From Camelus ferus (taxonomy: Eukaryota), in assembly GCF_009834535.1 (NCBI RefSeq), contig NC_045697.1, positions 26,414,001 through 26,478,000 of the forward strand: a stretch of DNA of 64,000 nt, read 5' to 3'. Below the pieces are notes generated by a model. It saw only the letters and a list, made by a program, of their open reading frames with translations. It made no database searches and had not been told where the DNA came from. The first letter of the stretch is position 1. Each line of letters opens with the position of its first letter. This document shows, piece after piece, positions 1 to 13,339 of this stretch. Both the position numbers and the translations under genes were made by a program.

Positions 1-217
1 GTGTGTTCCTTTGAGTTTATCTCATCTATTTCTATGTCACTGTTGTCTACATCATTGTGTGACTTTCACCAGAGACTGGTAGAGCGGCCCCAGTTCCTTG
101 CTTGGTCTTCTGACATGAATGCCTGTATCCTGACGGGAACACCATGATGTTCCATCCTAGACTTTGGACAGAGACAGATCACCCTATCCACTATGTTATT
201 GAAGTTTATTGTAATCC
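1..217 (-). pseudogene. Candidate decayed exon (runs off window start), unidentified
   Basis: Minus-strand acceptor ctccag|GG at 217. The frame reads ITINFNNIVDRVICLCPKSRMEHHGVPVRIQAFMSEDQARNWGRSTSLW*KSHNDVDNSDIEIDEINSKEH, with one TGA in about 71 codons. No homologue recognised. Confidence 0.2.
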
Positions 218-1165
218 CTGGAGGTTTTAAAGTGATAAATGCTGTGTGTGATTTTCAAGAAACATAGATAATTATCAGTGGAAAATCATACCTGAACCAT
301 TTCTTAATACATATTTTTCCCAAAGAATTTAAAGGAAAAACTTCTCTGATATTTTTCCCCCTATTTGAGAAGAAGACTGTTAGAGAACAGTCACAGAAAA
401 TGTATAATCCTCACCCGTGGCCTGGATTTATACTATAACAAAGTATATGGACTTATAATTTTCCATTATTCTGTGCTATAAAGAGGCATCAATCTTGCTT
501 TAGACACTGCTGTCAAGTTGAAACATCATTTCAGGCATAAGCTGAAAATATGAGACTCTTTAGCTACATAGTCATGTAAAAATCATTTAAAAAAAATTCT
601 CTGTGTATGAGCATTCACCAGATTTTTTCAGCAACAATGTACCAGGCCAGAAGGTTGACAAGATTCATATAATTAGACATGCAAATGCTGCTAATGGAAG
701 CTTTATAATTGCTTTGAAGCACAATCCATCATAATCACATATTCTGAAAGCAAATAAGTAACATGATACCTTAAATTACAGGTTTCATATAGACTGAAGT
801 ATAATCTTCTACTTTCCTTTTATTCTTTATGTCTCCCCCACACTCTAATTATTGGTAATTCTGGCAGGAAGAATATGCATGCAAGTTTCATCCCTCTTTT
901 AAATGACTTTAGTTTCAAATCTATTTGAAAAAATGCCCTATATTAGGAAGCCCCATGGAATGCTATTGAAAATACACATCTGCCGGGTAATTTTTTCATG
1001 TAATTATGTAAAGTAAAATCTTCATAAACAAAGTAAAGAAAATTATAATCCTCAGTATTAGGTTTTGCAAAATACCCCAAAGCAGTTTTTTTCCCTAATA
1101 AGTAAGTCAGAATTAAATTGAACAAATACCACCACCAAAATTCAATTTTCTTTCCTTTCATAAAG

Positions 1166-1229
1166 ACCTGTAAGCAACTGCTCTATAGCTAAAATCCATC
1201 ACCATGTGCAATGCTACTTTGACCTGGAA
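1166..1229 (+). other. Candidate 64-nt spliced exon
   Basis: Long polypyrimidine tract ttttctttcctttcataaag| and donor GAA|gtaagt. One open frame: PVSNCSIAKIHHHVQCYFDLE. Confidence 0.25.
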
Positions 1230-1307
1230 GTAAGTACTATTTTAATTTCCAAGGCATGGCTTGCTATCCTGCACACAGTTGTTTGCCTCTCAATATCCCC
1301 TTTCTCT

Positions 1308-1369
1308 CCTAACAGAACCGTTGTTTTTCCATTTTTGCCCTAAAAGAACCATTGTTTTTCCATTTCTGC
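1308..1369. repeat. 31-bp tandem duplication (2 copies)
   Basis: cctaacagaaccgttgtttttccatttttgc / cctaaaagaaccattgtttttccatttctgc, 3 mismatches. Confidence 0.85.
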
Positions 1370-1442
1370 CCCACTTCCTTATCTAGCCCATTCTGCTTTC
1401 ATGGCCATTCCTACTCAGGCCAATGAGGAGAGAAAGGATGTG

Positions 1443-1950
1443 AATCAGTTAGCTTTTGTTATATTGTAAACCATTCCAAAGCTTAGTAGCTTCAGCTACC
1501 ATTTATTTAGCTTATGATTCAGTGAGCTGGTGATTTGGGCTGGTCTTGCTTGGTGGTTCTTCTGCTTTCAGCCGGGCTCAGTTATGTGTTTTGGAAGTGC
1601 CACCTGGTTGCAGGGCACTGAATAGTTTCAGCTGCAAAGATTCATTTCTGTTTCATCTGTTTCTCATCACCCAGCAGACAAGCTCAGATTGTTCACCTTG
1701 AATCTGGATAGGTTTTCAAGAGAGAAAGAAGAGGCATAAAAGGCCTCTTGATGCCTAAACTCTGAGGTGCACACTGTTACTTCCACTGCATTCTGCTGAC
1801 CAAAGCAAAACACGAGGCAAGCCCAGATTTAATGGGTGGGAAAGCCGAATATGTCTCTTAATGGGAGCAGCTCAAAGTCACACTGCAAGGAAGGGCCATG
1901 GATACAGAGAGTAGAGAAATTGTGGCAATGTTTCCAAACATTCTACCATA
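1443..1950 (-). mobile_element. MaLR LTR (MLT1H-like), probably nested in an older MLT1 LTR (about 1250-2170)
   Basis: Resembles the MLT1 consensus: gcttagtagcttc..atttatttagcttatgattc, gcattctgctgaccaaagcaa..caagcccagatt, ending ttctaccata. Confidence 0.7.
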
Positions 1951-2169
1951 GGGAGTTTGCTAGGTTTTGGGGAATAAGTTCCTTTTCTTTTAAGACTGTT
2001 ACTTAGGAAGAGATAACGCCATTTCTCCCAGTTATTTTCTTGTGAGGATATCAGATGTAAACCTGCAACATCTACTCAGCATTAACAAAGTAGCAAGTGG
2101 GCACAGAGGAAGAATGAGTCCAGAAAAACAGAGAAGATGCACTGGATAAAGCCAACTCTAGTCCATCCT

Positions 2170-2352
2170 CCCTCCCAACCCTCCCTGGCCTCTATCAGCC
2201 CTAGGCAACCACTGATCTGATTTCTGTCACTCAGGATTAGTTTCAGTTTTCTAAAATGTGATTATACAGTATGCACACTTTTTGTCTGGCTCGTTTCACC
2301 AGACACAATTATTTTGAGATTCTTCTGAGTTCTGGCATATATCACTAATTCA
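2170..2352 (-). mobile_element. Old L1 (L1M-type) 3' UTR fragment
   Basis: ccctaggcaaccactgatctgatttctgtcac...atacagtatgcacactttttgtctggctc, a typical antisense L1M 3' end. Confidence 0.7.
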
Positions 2353-4650
2353 TTTTTCAACTGAAGTATATTCAGTTTACAATGCTGTGTCAACTTCTGG
2401 TGTATAGCAATAATAGTTCAGATATACATACATATATTTATTTTCATATTCTTTTTCATCATAGGTTATTATAAGATATTGAATATAGTTCCCTGTGCTA
2501 TACAGAAGAAACTTGTTGTTTATCTGTTTTATATATAGTAGTTAGTATTTTCAGATCTCAAACTCCCAGTTTATCCTTTCCCACCCCCTTCCCCCCTGGT
2601 AACCATAGATTTGTTTACTGTGTCTGAGTCTGTTTCTGTTTCATAGATAAGTTCATTAGCGTCTTTTTTTTTTTTTAGATTCCACAAATGAGTGATATCA
2701 TATGGTATTTTTCTTTCTCTTTCTGGCTTACTTCACTTAGAATGACTATCTCCAGGTCCATCCATGTTGCTGCAAATGGCATTATTTTATTCTTTTTCAT
2801 TGCTGAGTAGTATTCCATTGTATAAACATATCACAACTTCATTATCCAGTCATCAGTCGATGGACATTTAGGTTGTTTCTGTGTCTTAGTTATTGTACAT
2901 AGTGCTGCTATGAACATTGGGGTGCATGTATCTTTTCAAATCAGAGTTTCCTCTGGTTATATGCCCAGTAGTAGGATTGCTGGATCATATGGTAAGTCTA
3001 TTTTTAGTTTTTTGAGAAATCTCCATACTGTTTTCCATAATGGCTGCACCAAACTACATTCCCACCAGCAGTGTAGGAGGGTTCCCTTTTCTCAACATTC
3101 TCTCTAGCATTTATGGTTTGTGGACTTTTTAACAATGGCCATTCTGACTGGTGTTAGGTAATATCTCATTGTAGTTTGACTTGCATTTCTCTGATAATTA
3201 GTGATAATCATTTTTTCATGTGCCTATTGATCATTCATATGTCTTTACTGGAGAATTGCTTTTTTAGGTCTTCTGCCCATTTTTGGATTGGGTTGTTTGT
3301 TTTTTTGTTATTAAGTTGTATGAGATGTTTATATATTCTGGAAATTAAGCCCTTTTCAGTTGCATAATTTGCAAATATTTTCTCCCATTCTGTAGGTTGT
3401 TTTGTTTTGCTTGTGTTTCCTTTGCTATTAAAAAGCTTGTAAGTTTAATTAGGTCCCATTTGTTTAATTTTGCTTTTATTTCTATTGCCTGGATAGACTT
3501 CCCAAGGAGAACATTGCTAAGATTTGTGTCAGAAAATGTTTTGCCTAGGTTTTCTTCTAGGAGTGTCTTATCTTACATTTAAGTCTATAAGCCATTTTGA
3601 GTTTATTTTTGTGTATGGTGTGAGGGAGTGTTTTAACTTCATTTCTTTACATGAGGCTGTCCAGTTTTCCCAACACCACTAGCTGAAGAGACTGTCCTTT
3701 CTCCATTGTATATTCTTGCCTCCTTTGTTGAAGACTAATTGACCATAAGTCTGTAGGTTTATTTCTCAGCTCTCTATTCTGTTCCATTGATCCATATGTC
3801 TGTTTTTGTGCCAATACTCACTGGAAAAAGTTTGTCCAATCTGTTCCACTGATTCATATGTGCTGGTTTGATTACTGTAGCTCTGAAGTACTGTCTGAAG
3901 TCTGGGAGGGTTATGCCTCTAGCTTCATTCTTTTTTTTTCAGTATTGCTTTGACAATTCTGGGTCTTTTGGAATTCCACATAAATTTTAGAATGATTTTG
4001 TTCTAGTTTTGTGAAAAATGTCCTGGGTAATTTGATAGAGATCTCATTAAATCTGTAGATTGCTTTGGGTAGTATGGCCATTTTAACAATATTAATTCTT
4101 CCAACCCAAGAGCATGGGATATCTTTCCATTTTTTAAGTCATATTTAATTTCCTTAATTAGTGTTTTACAGTTCTCCATGTATGAGTCTTTCACCTCCTT
4201 GGTCAGATTTATTCCTAAGTATTTTATTTTTTTGGTTGTGATTTTAAAAGGGATTGTTTCTTTACTTTTTCTGAAATTTCATTGTTAGTGTAAAGAAATG
4301 CAACTGATTTCTGTATGTTAATCTTTTATCCTTCTACCTTGCCAAATTCTTTTATGGGCTCTAGTAGTTTTTGTGTGACATCTCCAGGGTTTTCTATATA
4401 CAGTAGCATGTCATCTGCATATAGTGACAATCTTACCTCTTCTCTTCCAATTTGGATCTTTTTTATTTCTTTTTGTTGCCTGACTGCTGTGGCTAGGACT
4501 TCTAATACTATGTTGAATAGAAGTGGTGAAAGTGGGCATCCTTTCTTATTCCAGATTTTAGTGGGAAGGCTTTCAACTCTTCACCATTGAGTATTATGCT
4601 GGCTGTGGGTTTGTTTAAAATAGCTTTTATTATGTTGAGATATGTTTCTC
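2353..4650 (-). mobile_element. 5'-truncated L1 (3' UTR plus C-terminal ORF2), lineage-specific type
   Basis: Antisense L1 3' end (tgaagtatattcagtttacaatg...ccctgtgctatacag). ORF2 remnants such as 4003-4194 ([11 protein letters not shown]) with many stops and frameshifts. Confidence 0.93.
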
Positions 4651-6005
4651 TCAGGCTTCTATAAAGATTTTATTTTTGGCTTCCCACTAGTTGTAAATAA
4701 TTTAATGATGATATGCCTTGGTGCAGTTTTTTTCCTTGTTTCTTTTGTTTGGAGTTTATTGTGTTTCTTGGATCTGTGAGTTTATAGTTTTCACCAAATT
4801 TGGAAAAAGTTTGTCCATTATCTCTTCAAATATTGTTTTGGTCTCTCACCCTTTTTTTTTCTTTAGGGCTCTGCGTATACATAGATTTGGCTGCTTGAAG
4901 TTCTTTCACATTTCACTGATGCTCTGGATTTTCCTTTCCAGTGCCTTTAATCATTTCACTTCATTTTGGATAGTTTAAAAAATTTTCCCCCACACAGTGT
5001 TTTTTTTTTTCGCCTCAGACATTTTAGTTTGCATCTCTAGATGTTTGATTTTGTGTTTTAATTTTTTTATTTCCCTATTTTACATAATCAGCTTTCCTCT
5101 AGCTTCTTGAACATATGTAATATAGTCAAAATGACTGTTCTAATGTTCTTGGCTACTAAGTCTATCACTGATGTAATTTCTGGCTCAGTTTCACTAGAAT
5201 GATTTTTTTTTCCCCTCATTATAAGTTGTATTTTCCTGCTCTTTCTAGGTCTGTTGATTTTTGACTGGGTAGTGATATGATTAATTTTATCTTTTGTGGT
5301 GCTAAATATTTTCATATCCTCAAAATATTCTTGAACTTTATTTGTGACAGGCTTATTACATGAAAACAGTTTGATCCTTTTGCGTCTTGCTTTTCAGCTT
5401 TGTTAGTCAAGGGTTGACTTTCCCCCTACTACAGAGGCAAGATCTTTATTATTCACACTAATGTCCCCTGAATAATGAGCTGTTTTTTTTTTTTAACTCT
5501 TTCTGTTGGGAAGACACATTATTCCTAGCTGTATGTGAACTTTGGAAACTATTTCCTCTAATCCTTTTAGTTGTCTCTTTCCTGGGCTTTCAGTAGTTTA
5601 TTCACACACATGTACCTAACAGTACTCAAGAATACTTAATAGGAATCCACTCCAGGTCTTCAGAATTCTCTTTCCCTGAAGCTATTACTACTCTAGTATT
5701 TTGCTCTTCTTAATCTAGCTTCCTTGGTTCTCAAGACTCCCAGGGTCTTTTCATCAACTGAGGGAAATTGCCTGACTATACTTGGGTTCCTCCTACTCGT
5801 CCTAGAGTCTGAAAACATTCTCCATACAGTGAGCAAGGGCAATTGTAGGGCTTACTTCATTTTTCTCATCACTTAGGGATCACTCTCTATTTTCTGATCC
5901 CTATAGTCTAGAGTGCCCTTTTCCTCTCATCTAGTTTATATATTTTTTTAGTTATTCTGACAGGAGTATACACCTGGTACCTATTATTTCACCTTGACTG
6001 GAGAA
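4651..6005 (-). mobile_element. Ancient L1 (L1ME/MD-like) ORF1 and 5' region
   Basis: Minus-strand remnant 5088-5315 (TVILTILHMFKKLEES) resembles old L1 ORF1; T-rich antisense L1 texture. Confidence 0.65.
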
Positions 6006-8489
6006 TATCATTGTATACTGATATATTTAATGCAACTTTAAAAGCATACATTCAAAGAACTGTTTGAATGAGTGAATGAAGGATTGCTATATTGATCAGG
6101 AGCCCAGGAGCAGAGAAAATGATGATTACTGTTTTAACACTGGATCTATTAATAGTTTTCCTACTATAAGTGCTGTAGAAGAACTGGGCTACCTGATTTT
6201 CTGCTTGTTGGATGGAAAATGTAAAAGGCCAGCGAAGGAAGGATATGATGTTAAAATTTCCTAGCAGTACTCTGGCAGTGCCAGGATTAAAAATGATAAT
6301 GGTAGCGGCACGGAACATCCAAATGGAAAAATGATAAGGATAAGATTTTACATTTCCTTTTCTTTTGATTAATCTTAACAATCATCAACTAAAATAGCTG
6401 ATACACACTGTTTCTATCACATACACAATAACATACTCAGAACTGCAGATGCAAGAAAGGATAATGAAATAATACTAACACTTATAAAAGCAATTAAAAT
6501 GCCATAAGATTAATTATTTAATTACTTTTTAAAATAGTTATTTCTAAGTATGTTTTCTTTTAATTAAGCAATCTCTACCATTTAGAAAAAGTAGAAGAGC
6601 TATTATTACATTAAAATTGTGAGTCATTCTCTTATTCCTTTATAATTGTATGAAAACAATTTATATTTTACAAATTCTTTTTATAGTCAGGTCCTTCAAC
6701 AACACTAGAAATAAGTCTTTTATTTTAAATACAAAAAAAAGGGCTTATATTTTTAGTTAAGCTTATCAAACACCAGATAATTTGAAAATTCACTAAAAAT
6801 AGCTGGTATTCTATACATAAAGATTATACAAGCTTTTTCTTTTCTCTCTAGATATATCTAAAAAGTACTCAGAGTTAATTTATCCAGTGAATCTGCCAGT
6901 TAAATCATTACCATCAATACCACTTCAAACTGATGAGGACTGAAAACATTTTTGTACACTTTCTTCAAGGCTAGTTTATTCTCTTCAACTCGCAATTATT
7001 CCTCTTTGGCAAAAAGTCACATACTTTTTCATGCTTTCCTAAAGGCTAATTTTATCCTCTTCTTTACATAGTCAAACATTTCCTGTAATTGTTTTGGCAG
7101 AAAGAGAAGATTTTTTTTTTCTTGGTTCACTTAATAAAGAGGACTGTAGGAAAGTTACAAGTATTCAACTTAAAATATGTTTTATTATATTATACTTTTG
7201 ACAGAAGCTCGTTGTGGGCATTTTGAAAACTCATAATGTTAAAAGGAAGTGAGGGAAAGAAATATACATAGTTCTACCACCTAGAGATGAAAACTATTAA
7301 CATTTAGAATATTTGGTTCTAGTTTAAGAAGCCTAATTTGAATTTTGACTGCAGTTGTGTATATGATTTGTTTCTATCCCAACCCATGTGGTTACTCACC
7401 AGATGGAGAAACTCCACTAATTAATCTATGTCTCCTCCAGTGTCACATTTACCAGTTGGCACTCTCACCACAGATCTTCTGAGCCCTTCTACCATGTTGC
7501 AGTATACTGCTTGATGTCTCCACAGCTGTGTCACTCTCCTTTGTAAACTTAAGCCACCCACAGCCCTTCTTGGTTATGAAGAGAGAGATAATTAGAAACC
7601 TCCAAGTGGGCTCAACCTATCATTCAGTTATTGGTTTTGAGATCTTTGAAAGTACATTCAGGAAATCGACTGAGACTTAAGCGGTGCAGTATGGTATAGG
7701 ATGAAATTCACCAGTGTAAGAGAAAATACTACTGAGCACTGAGAGTATTTCTCCCATCCGCCCTCCTCTTCTGGGAACAGATCTGTGTCTAGACAATCTT
7801 AGGGCTACTTGCCTGCAGCCAAAGATGAAGAAGGATGGACACAAACTGAGAGCAAATATTGGAAGAAAGTTTTAAAGTTCCTTTCCTGCCTCCCTAGCAC
7901 CGTGACTTGTAATGGCCTGGGCACAGGTATCAGAGGCAAGGGTTTGATGAGAGGGCAAGTGTGAGTGGGCAGGTGAGTAGTCCCTCCAAACCTCCAAAGA
8001 CAAGCAGCCTGCAAATATTCTGCCTAAGGATCTTATGATGAAATCCTGACCAGAGATTTAATCTGGCTGAATGGCAGTGGTAGTCAGCAGGGTTTCTGTG
8101 GGGCTGGCACTTTTCACCCAGGGCTCACCCCTTCCTCGTCCTTAGAATTACCAGGGGGTAATTTACCTGGCTTTCAGCCTTTGTCCAACACACATTATCA
8201 GACAGAGAAGCTGAAACACCTAAGAAAACACAAGCTTACAAGCACAAATATCCATTTACTTGAGCTGTACCACTACTACAAAGAAAAAACAGGGACAACA
8301 TGAGCCACATGAATCATAACTACCAGAATTCTCAAGTCAACAATGTAGAATAAACCCTATTAATAGAGACAAAATATAAGGAGAAACACTAATGATATTT
8401 AAAAACAGATGTAAGAGAAAATAAAAGAAGTAAGAGGAAATATTTGATCTGAAAAATATAATAGTTTTTAAAAGTTAATTGGAGTAAAG

Positions 8490-8756
8490 TACTGCAGCCA
8501 CTATGGAAAAACAATATGGAAGTTCCTCAAAAATTAAAAACAGAACCACCGTATAATCCAGCAACTCCATTCTGGGCACACACCCAGAGGAACTGAAAAC
8601 AGGGTCTTGGAAAGATATTTATGCATCTGTATCTATAGCAGCATTATTCACAATAGACAAAAAAGGAAGCAACCCAAATGTCCATCAACAAATGAATGGA
8701 TAAACTCAATGTGGTATATATAAACAGTGGACTAATATCCAGCCTTAAAAAGGAAA
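8490..8756 (+). mobile_element. L1 fragment (end of ORF2 / start of 3' UTR)
   Basis: gcagccactatggaaaa...gatatttatgcatctgtatctatagcagcattattcacaatag...aatgaatggataaac. Confidence 0.85.
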
Positions 8757-8935
8757 GATTACCTGCAGCTTTGTAATAATTTTTGAAATCAGAAAGTGGG
8801 AGACTTCTAACTTTGTTCTTCTTTTTCAAGATCGGCTATTTGGAGTCCTTTGAGATTTTATGTAAGTTTTAAGAATTTTTCATTTCCACAAAAAGATGCT
8901 ATTGGGATTTTGAAAGGGATTGCATTAAATCTACA
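8757..8935 (-). mobile_element. L1 ORF2 fragment in the opposite orientation
   Basis: Minus ORF KKKNKVRSLPLSDFKNYYKAA resembles the L1 ORF2 motif KKNKAGGITLPDFKLYYKA. Confidence 0.85.
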
Positions 8936-8989
8936 GAAACACATGCATGTTTAAGGCCGATTAATCTTAATTCTAAAACTTCATAAATT

Positions 8990-10385
8990 ATTATAAGACA
9001 GGAGAATTATAGCTTCATTTTGTTTGTGAACCTAGATGCAAATATTAAAATTAGTAAAATTAAAATATTAAACATCAAAAATAATATTACCTAACAAAAT
9101 CCAATGGTATGAAAATGCAGTAAGCAGAATTTATCCCTTCAAATACAAGGAAATAATATTGGAATATACAAGAATTTCCATGTATCAGTAAGTAAAAGAC
9201 AGGAAACCAGTGGAAAATTAGGCAAAGGCTGTAAACTGACAGTTTACAGAAATGGAATCTTTGTAAAGCTAGCAAGCATATGAAGAGATGCTCAAACACA
9301 TAAATAATCAGACAAATGAAAATTAAACAAAAATGAGATATCATCCACCAGTATGGCAAAAAATTAGAATAATGATAAGTGTTAGTGGAGATGTGGCTGT
9401 ATAGGATCCCACACATGCTTGCAGGTGCATGGACTGGAGGTTGTTCTGGAGAAGAAACTGGCGTCACTCATTCAAATTAAGTATGCATATATACTATGAC
9501 CCACTATTCTCTACCCCTACCACCGGGGTATATAGTGCAAAGCAGTTTTCATATGGGTTCATAAGAGGGCACATGTGAAGATACACATGACAGCATTGTT
9601 TGTGGTTGTGTGGGGTAGAAACCAATCTGTGTGTCCACCTAATGTGATGCAATTATAAAAAAATAAAATGCACATATAGCAAGACGGATACATTAAAACA
9701 TAGTGCACATTAAAAAACAATAAAATGAGAACTAAGGCACAATATAATTATGCAAATTATAATACATTCAATGCAGAGAAAGCATTATTGCAAGTTTTAT
9801 AAGAACACTTACCAAAAACCTTAAAAAAAGTATTTGTCTGTGACAATGAATATATATATGTTCGTGTATAACTGAAAAATTGTGCTCTTCACTGAAGTTT
9901 GACACAACATTGTAAAATGATTATAACTCAATAAAAAATGTTTAAAAAAAAAAACTGACAACAGAAACCACAGCAGAAGGGGATTAATAATTTGAAAAAA
10001 AGTTAGAAAGTTCAGGATGCCCCTCGCCCCTCAACCCCACTCCGGCCTGTGCATGGCTTACACACTAAAGGGTAACTGTTTGGCCCCCTAAAAGGGAACC
10101 ATTCTCCTCGTGGGAGTTTCTGCAGAGGCTGAAACCGTAGGAAAACAAACACTGTCAATAAATTGACATTTGCTACATACAAAAGAAGGACAACTGAGAG
10201 TCATGAAAATCGTGATTTTTGTTTTTGTCTTAAAAAGGTCACCCTAGGGTGGGGGTGGGGGTGTCTTAAATAAAAAGTGCAAGAAGGCAAAAAAAAAAAA
10301 GTTTTTGTCAGGCACATTTAGAATGACTGCCTATGAGAAGGAGGAATGGGAGTGGGGAATGGGGAAAACGGGAATAATGAACAAA
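8990..10385 (+). mobile_element. Ancient L1ME remnant (ORF2 end / 3' UTR), host of the 9823-10309 insertion
   Basis: gcatatgaagagatgctcaaac..., resuming after the insertion with cacatttagaatgactgcctatg. Confidence 0.6.
9823..10309 (+). mobile_element. Young 5'-truncated L1 with 3' transduction
   Basis: TSD aaaaaaagtatttgtc (9823-9838) / aaaaaaagtttttgtc (10294-10309); TT/AAAA endonuclease site; L1 tail 9839-9954 with AATAAA and poly-A; unique segment 9955-10288 with a second AATAAA (10269) and poly-A (10289-10300). Confidence 0.85.
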
Positions 10386-10939
10386 CAAACCCATAAATCA
10401 GAGAGACTCCAAGGCCTTGCATGGACCAATGATGATTGCTGAGAACTGTGCCTTATGTGTAACCCAACTGTCTGCAACTGAGAACAACAACGAAGTCTCA
10501 AGTGGAGGCAAGATAGAGGGCCTTAAGCCCATATTTTAAAAAGTTAATAAAGAGAATGACAGCCAAAGAGGAGAATACAGAGTTTTGTTTTGTTTTGTTT
10601 AGGGAGGGGGCACAGGTAAATGTTTGCATGTAAAAGGGAATAATCCATTAATGAAGAAAATCGAAAAACCTTAGACAGGGAAATAATATATTTAAGGGGA
10701 AAAAATTCCTCAAGATATTTTGTAATGCTAAGGTCAATGGCAAACATGGAACAGTTAGCTTTAGGTGGAGGAAGGTCTTATTGTGAGACTAAGGAAGATG
10801 ACCATATTGTGGAGAGCAATGGAGATGGGTGGTCTAGTTCTGCTAAGTGAGAGAAGAACTACATTATCACTAAAGAGTTTGGATTGAAGGATGGGCGATG
10901 AGGAAGAGGAAGTAGAAAAGCACTTGGTCATTTTTCTTA

Positions 10940-11815
10940 GACTTGATCTGCAAACTCTCCTCTAATTCTCAGTCTTCCCCAGCTCAGCAAATGTTTACTT
11001 TCTACCCTGCTGCTTAAGACAAACACCTGAGAATCAACTTTTATTTCTCCTTTTTCCTCACTCCCCGGTTCAATCCATTAGTAAGTCTTACTGGCACAGC
11101 CTTCAAAATATATAGCAAATTCATCCATGTCTTTCCACTTCTACTAAAACTGTCTTTTTTCCAAATTGCATCATCTCTCAGATTGATTATCTCAATAGTC
11201 TGCTGTTTCTCCTGCTTACCCTCCAGTCCTTTAATTCATTCCTAATCCTTAGACAAAGTGACCTTTTTTGAAATGAAAATAAAATTACATCATTCCTCCA
11301 TTAAGACTTTCTAATGACTTTCCATTATTCTGACAATAAAACCCAAATTTCTACCATGGCCTCAAGGACCTTGCCTACTTTTCTAACTAATCTTAAAATA
11401 TTCTCCTACATTTGACTACCCTCCAGCCACACTGGCCTTCTTTTTTTTGCAGACACATGAGGCTCATTCACACTGCAACATCTTTCTTTGCACGTGCCAC
11501 TTCTAATTGAAACGCTCGTCCTATGATCTTTGTCTTACTGACTCTTTCTTATCTTCATGGACCAATTCCTTAGTCATCTCTTCAGAGAGGTCTATCCTCT
11601 TTCACTTTACCTCATTTTATATTCTTCATAGTAATAACCACTTTTGGACTTTATCTTATAAATGTACTTATTTATTTTATGTTCCCTACACTTAAATGTA
11701 AGCCCCACACTAGCAGAGTTCTTTTATTTGCTTATTCACTATTCCATACCTAGGGCCTAAAACAGTGCTTTGCACACAGCAGACACTCAGAAACATGTAC
11801 TGTTGCTGAATAAAC
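10940..11815 (+). mobile_element. L2 3' fragment
   Basis: ctccagccacactggccttc, cctagggcctaaaacagtgctttgcacacagcagacactcag..tgctgaataaa, matching the L2 3' end. Confidence 0.75.
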
Positions 11816-13339
11816 AATGTCGGTATTACAAATGTTGCCAGTTTTCAAGGACCCAACTGAATTTGGACACATTTAGAAAGAGAAACACATTGCACACTGG
11901 GAATGGGCAAGGTGGACTTAGTTTTGTAGTAGATACAACAGACGAGACTTTATGGTGATAAACTGAAGTTTTGGGAATATTGAAGTTCTAGTTTTCTCAC
12001 CAATACGACAGAGATGTTCCCAGGAATAAAAGAGAACAATGCATTTAAAACACTCTTACTAGAAACCCTGATACCAGTACAAGTTAGCATTATCATTGTT
12101 ATTCTAATATTTAAGCTTTGCTTAATAGACTGTACATAGTTGGAAAGTTCACCTATATAGTCAAGAATTCACCAATTGAATCTCCTTTCATCTATAATAT
12201 TTTGTGATTCTTTGCTTATGTTATTAAGTGGTCATTTCTAAGTCTATAACATCATGGGATCAGTCAAACCTTGTCCAGGCTATTTCTAGAGCTTCAAAAG
12301 ATTTATATTTAACATCATATTCATATTATTCTCTTTTTTTTCACTCTTTCAGCCTTATTTTTGCTGCACATTCTTTTACCCTTAATCTCAGGGCAGCTAA
12401 TGTAGTTTAATGCTTGTTCATTTTATATAGTTTCTTTTCTTTTGGAATTTGTTCTTCTTCAGTTTCTATTCTTATATTTTTCTTGGTTTATCCTCATGTA
12501 AAATTGCAATAAACATAATCACTGCCTTCATGGTGAGAACATTATTTGTTAACAGATGGTAGATTTTCAAAATCTGAATTGTTTAAAGTAGGAGACACTG
12601 AAAAAGGTAGTCAAAATTGTACTCTGCTAAGACTGAAAAAGAAAGGTCATTTTTTTTTTCAAGATAAATTAAACTCTTATAAACAAAGTTACCAACATCT
12701 AGAAGCATTAAGGCAAGCACATAGAAAGCCATGGGAATTCATTTGTCTCTCTCAATTAGTTAATGGTTTTTGAACATTAGTCATTAGCTTTCTCTATTTT
12801 AATTAATTTAAGTAATTTACATAATGAAATTTCTGTACATAAAATATTCTTAATAAGCATTTCATCATTTATCCCGGAAGGATTTCATGAAAATTACTTC
12901 AAGTAATTCAACGCTACTTCAGGAAGGAAGGAGCAGGAGCTGGAAACTAAGGGTGATACTGAAATGAAGCGTTAAGCAGAAAAGTGCCACAAAGAGCAGG
13001 AGACCAGCTCTCTCCAGTCATTACCAGCCACCGGACAAAGGATCGAAAACAAGATGACCAGGGCTTAGAAAACATTTAGTTTATATTCAGTCTGTTTTTG
13101 TCAGTGTACAAGTTCTGAAACTGTCTGGTAAATCTTCTCTAGTAACTTCTTATAGGTATGTTTTTAAAACTTATTGTAAGATTCTTGACATCAGAAACCA
13201 CTTTTCACTATTTTATTAAGACTTTATTATCTTAAGAGTCATTAAAATAACTGTGAGGACACACCTTAACTGAAAGTTGTGGTTAGCTCTGGCAAAGGAG
13301 TTAGAATGGGGGGCCACTTCCACTTATTCTGTATTTTTT

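Noticed and set aside
2910..4590. Cluster of plus-strand hydrophobic ORFs
   Set aside because: These are antisense frames of the L1 element.
6076..6340. FAM194/ERICH6-like exon (NGSGTEHPNGK)
   Set aside because: Only a short superficial motif resemblance, with an in-frame stop and no usable donor.
7400..7570. RRM-like exon on the minus strand (KGCGWLKF)
   Set aside because: Stops occur before the donor in the relevant frames and the similarity is limited to a few residues.
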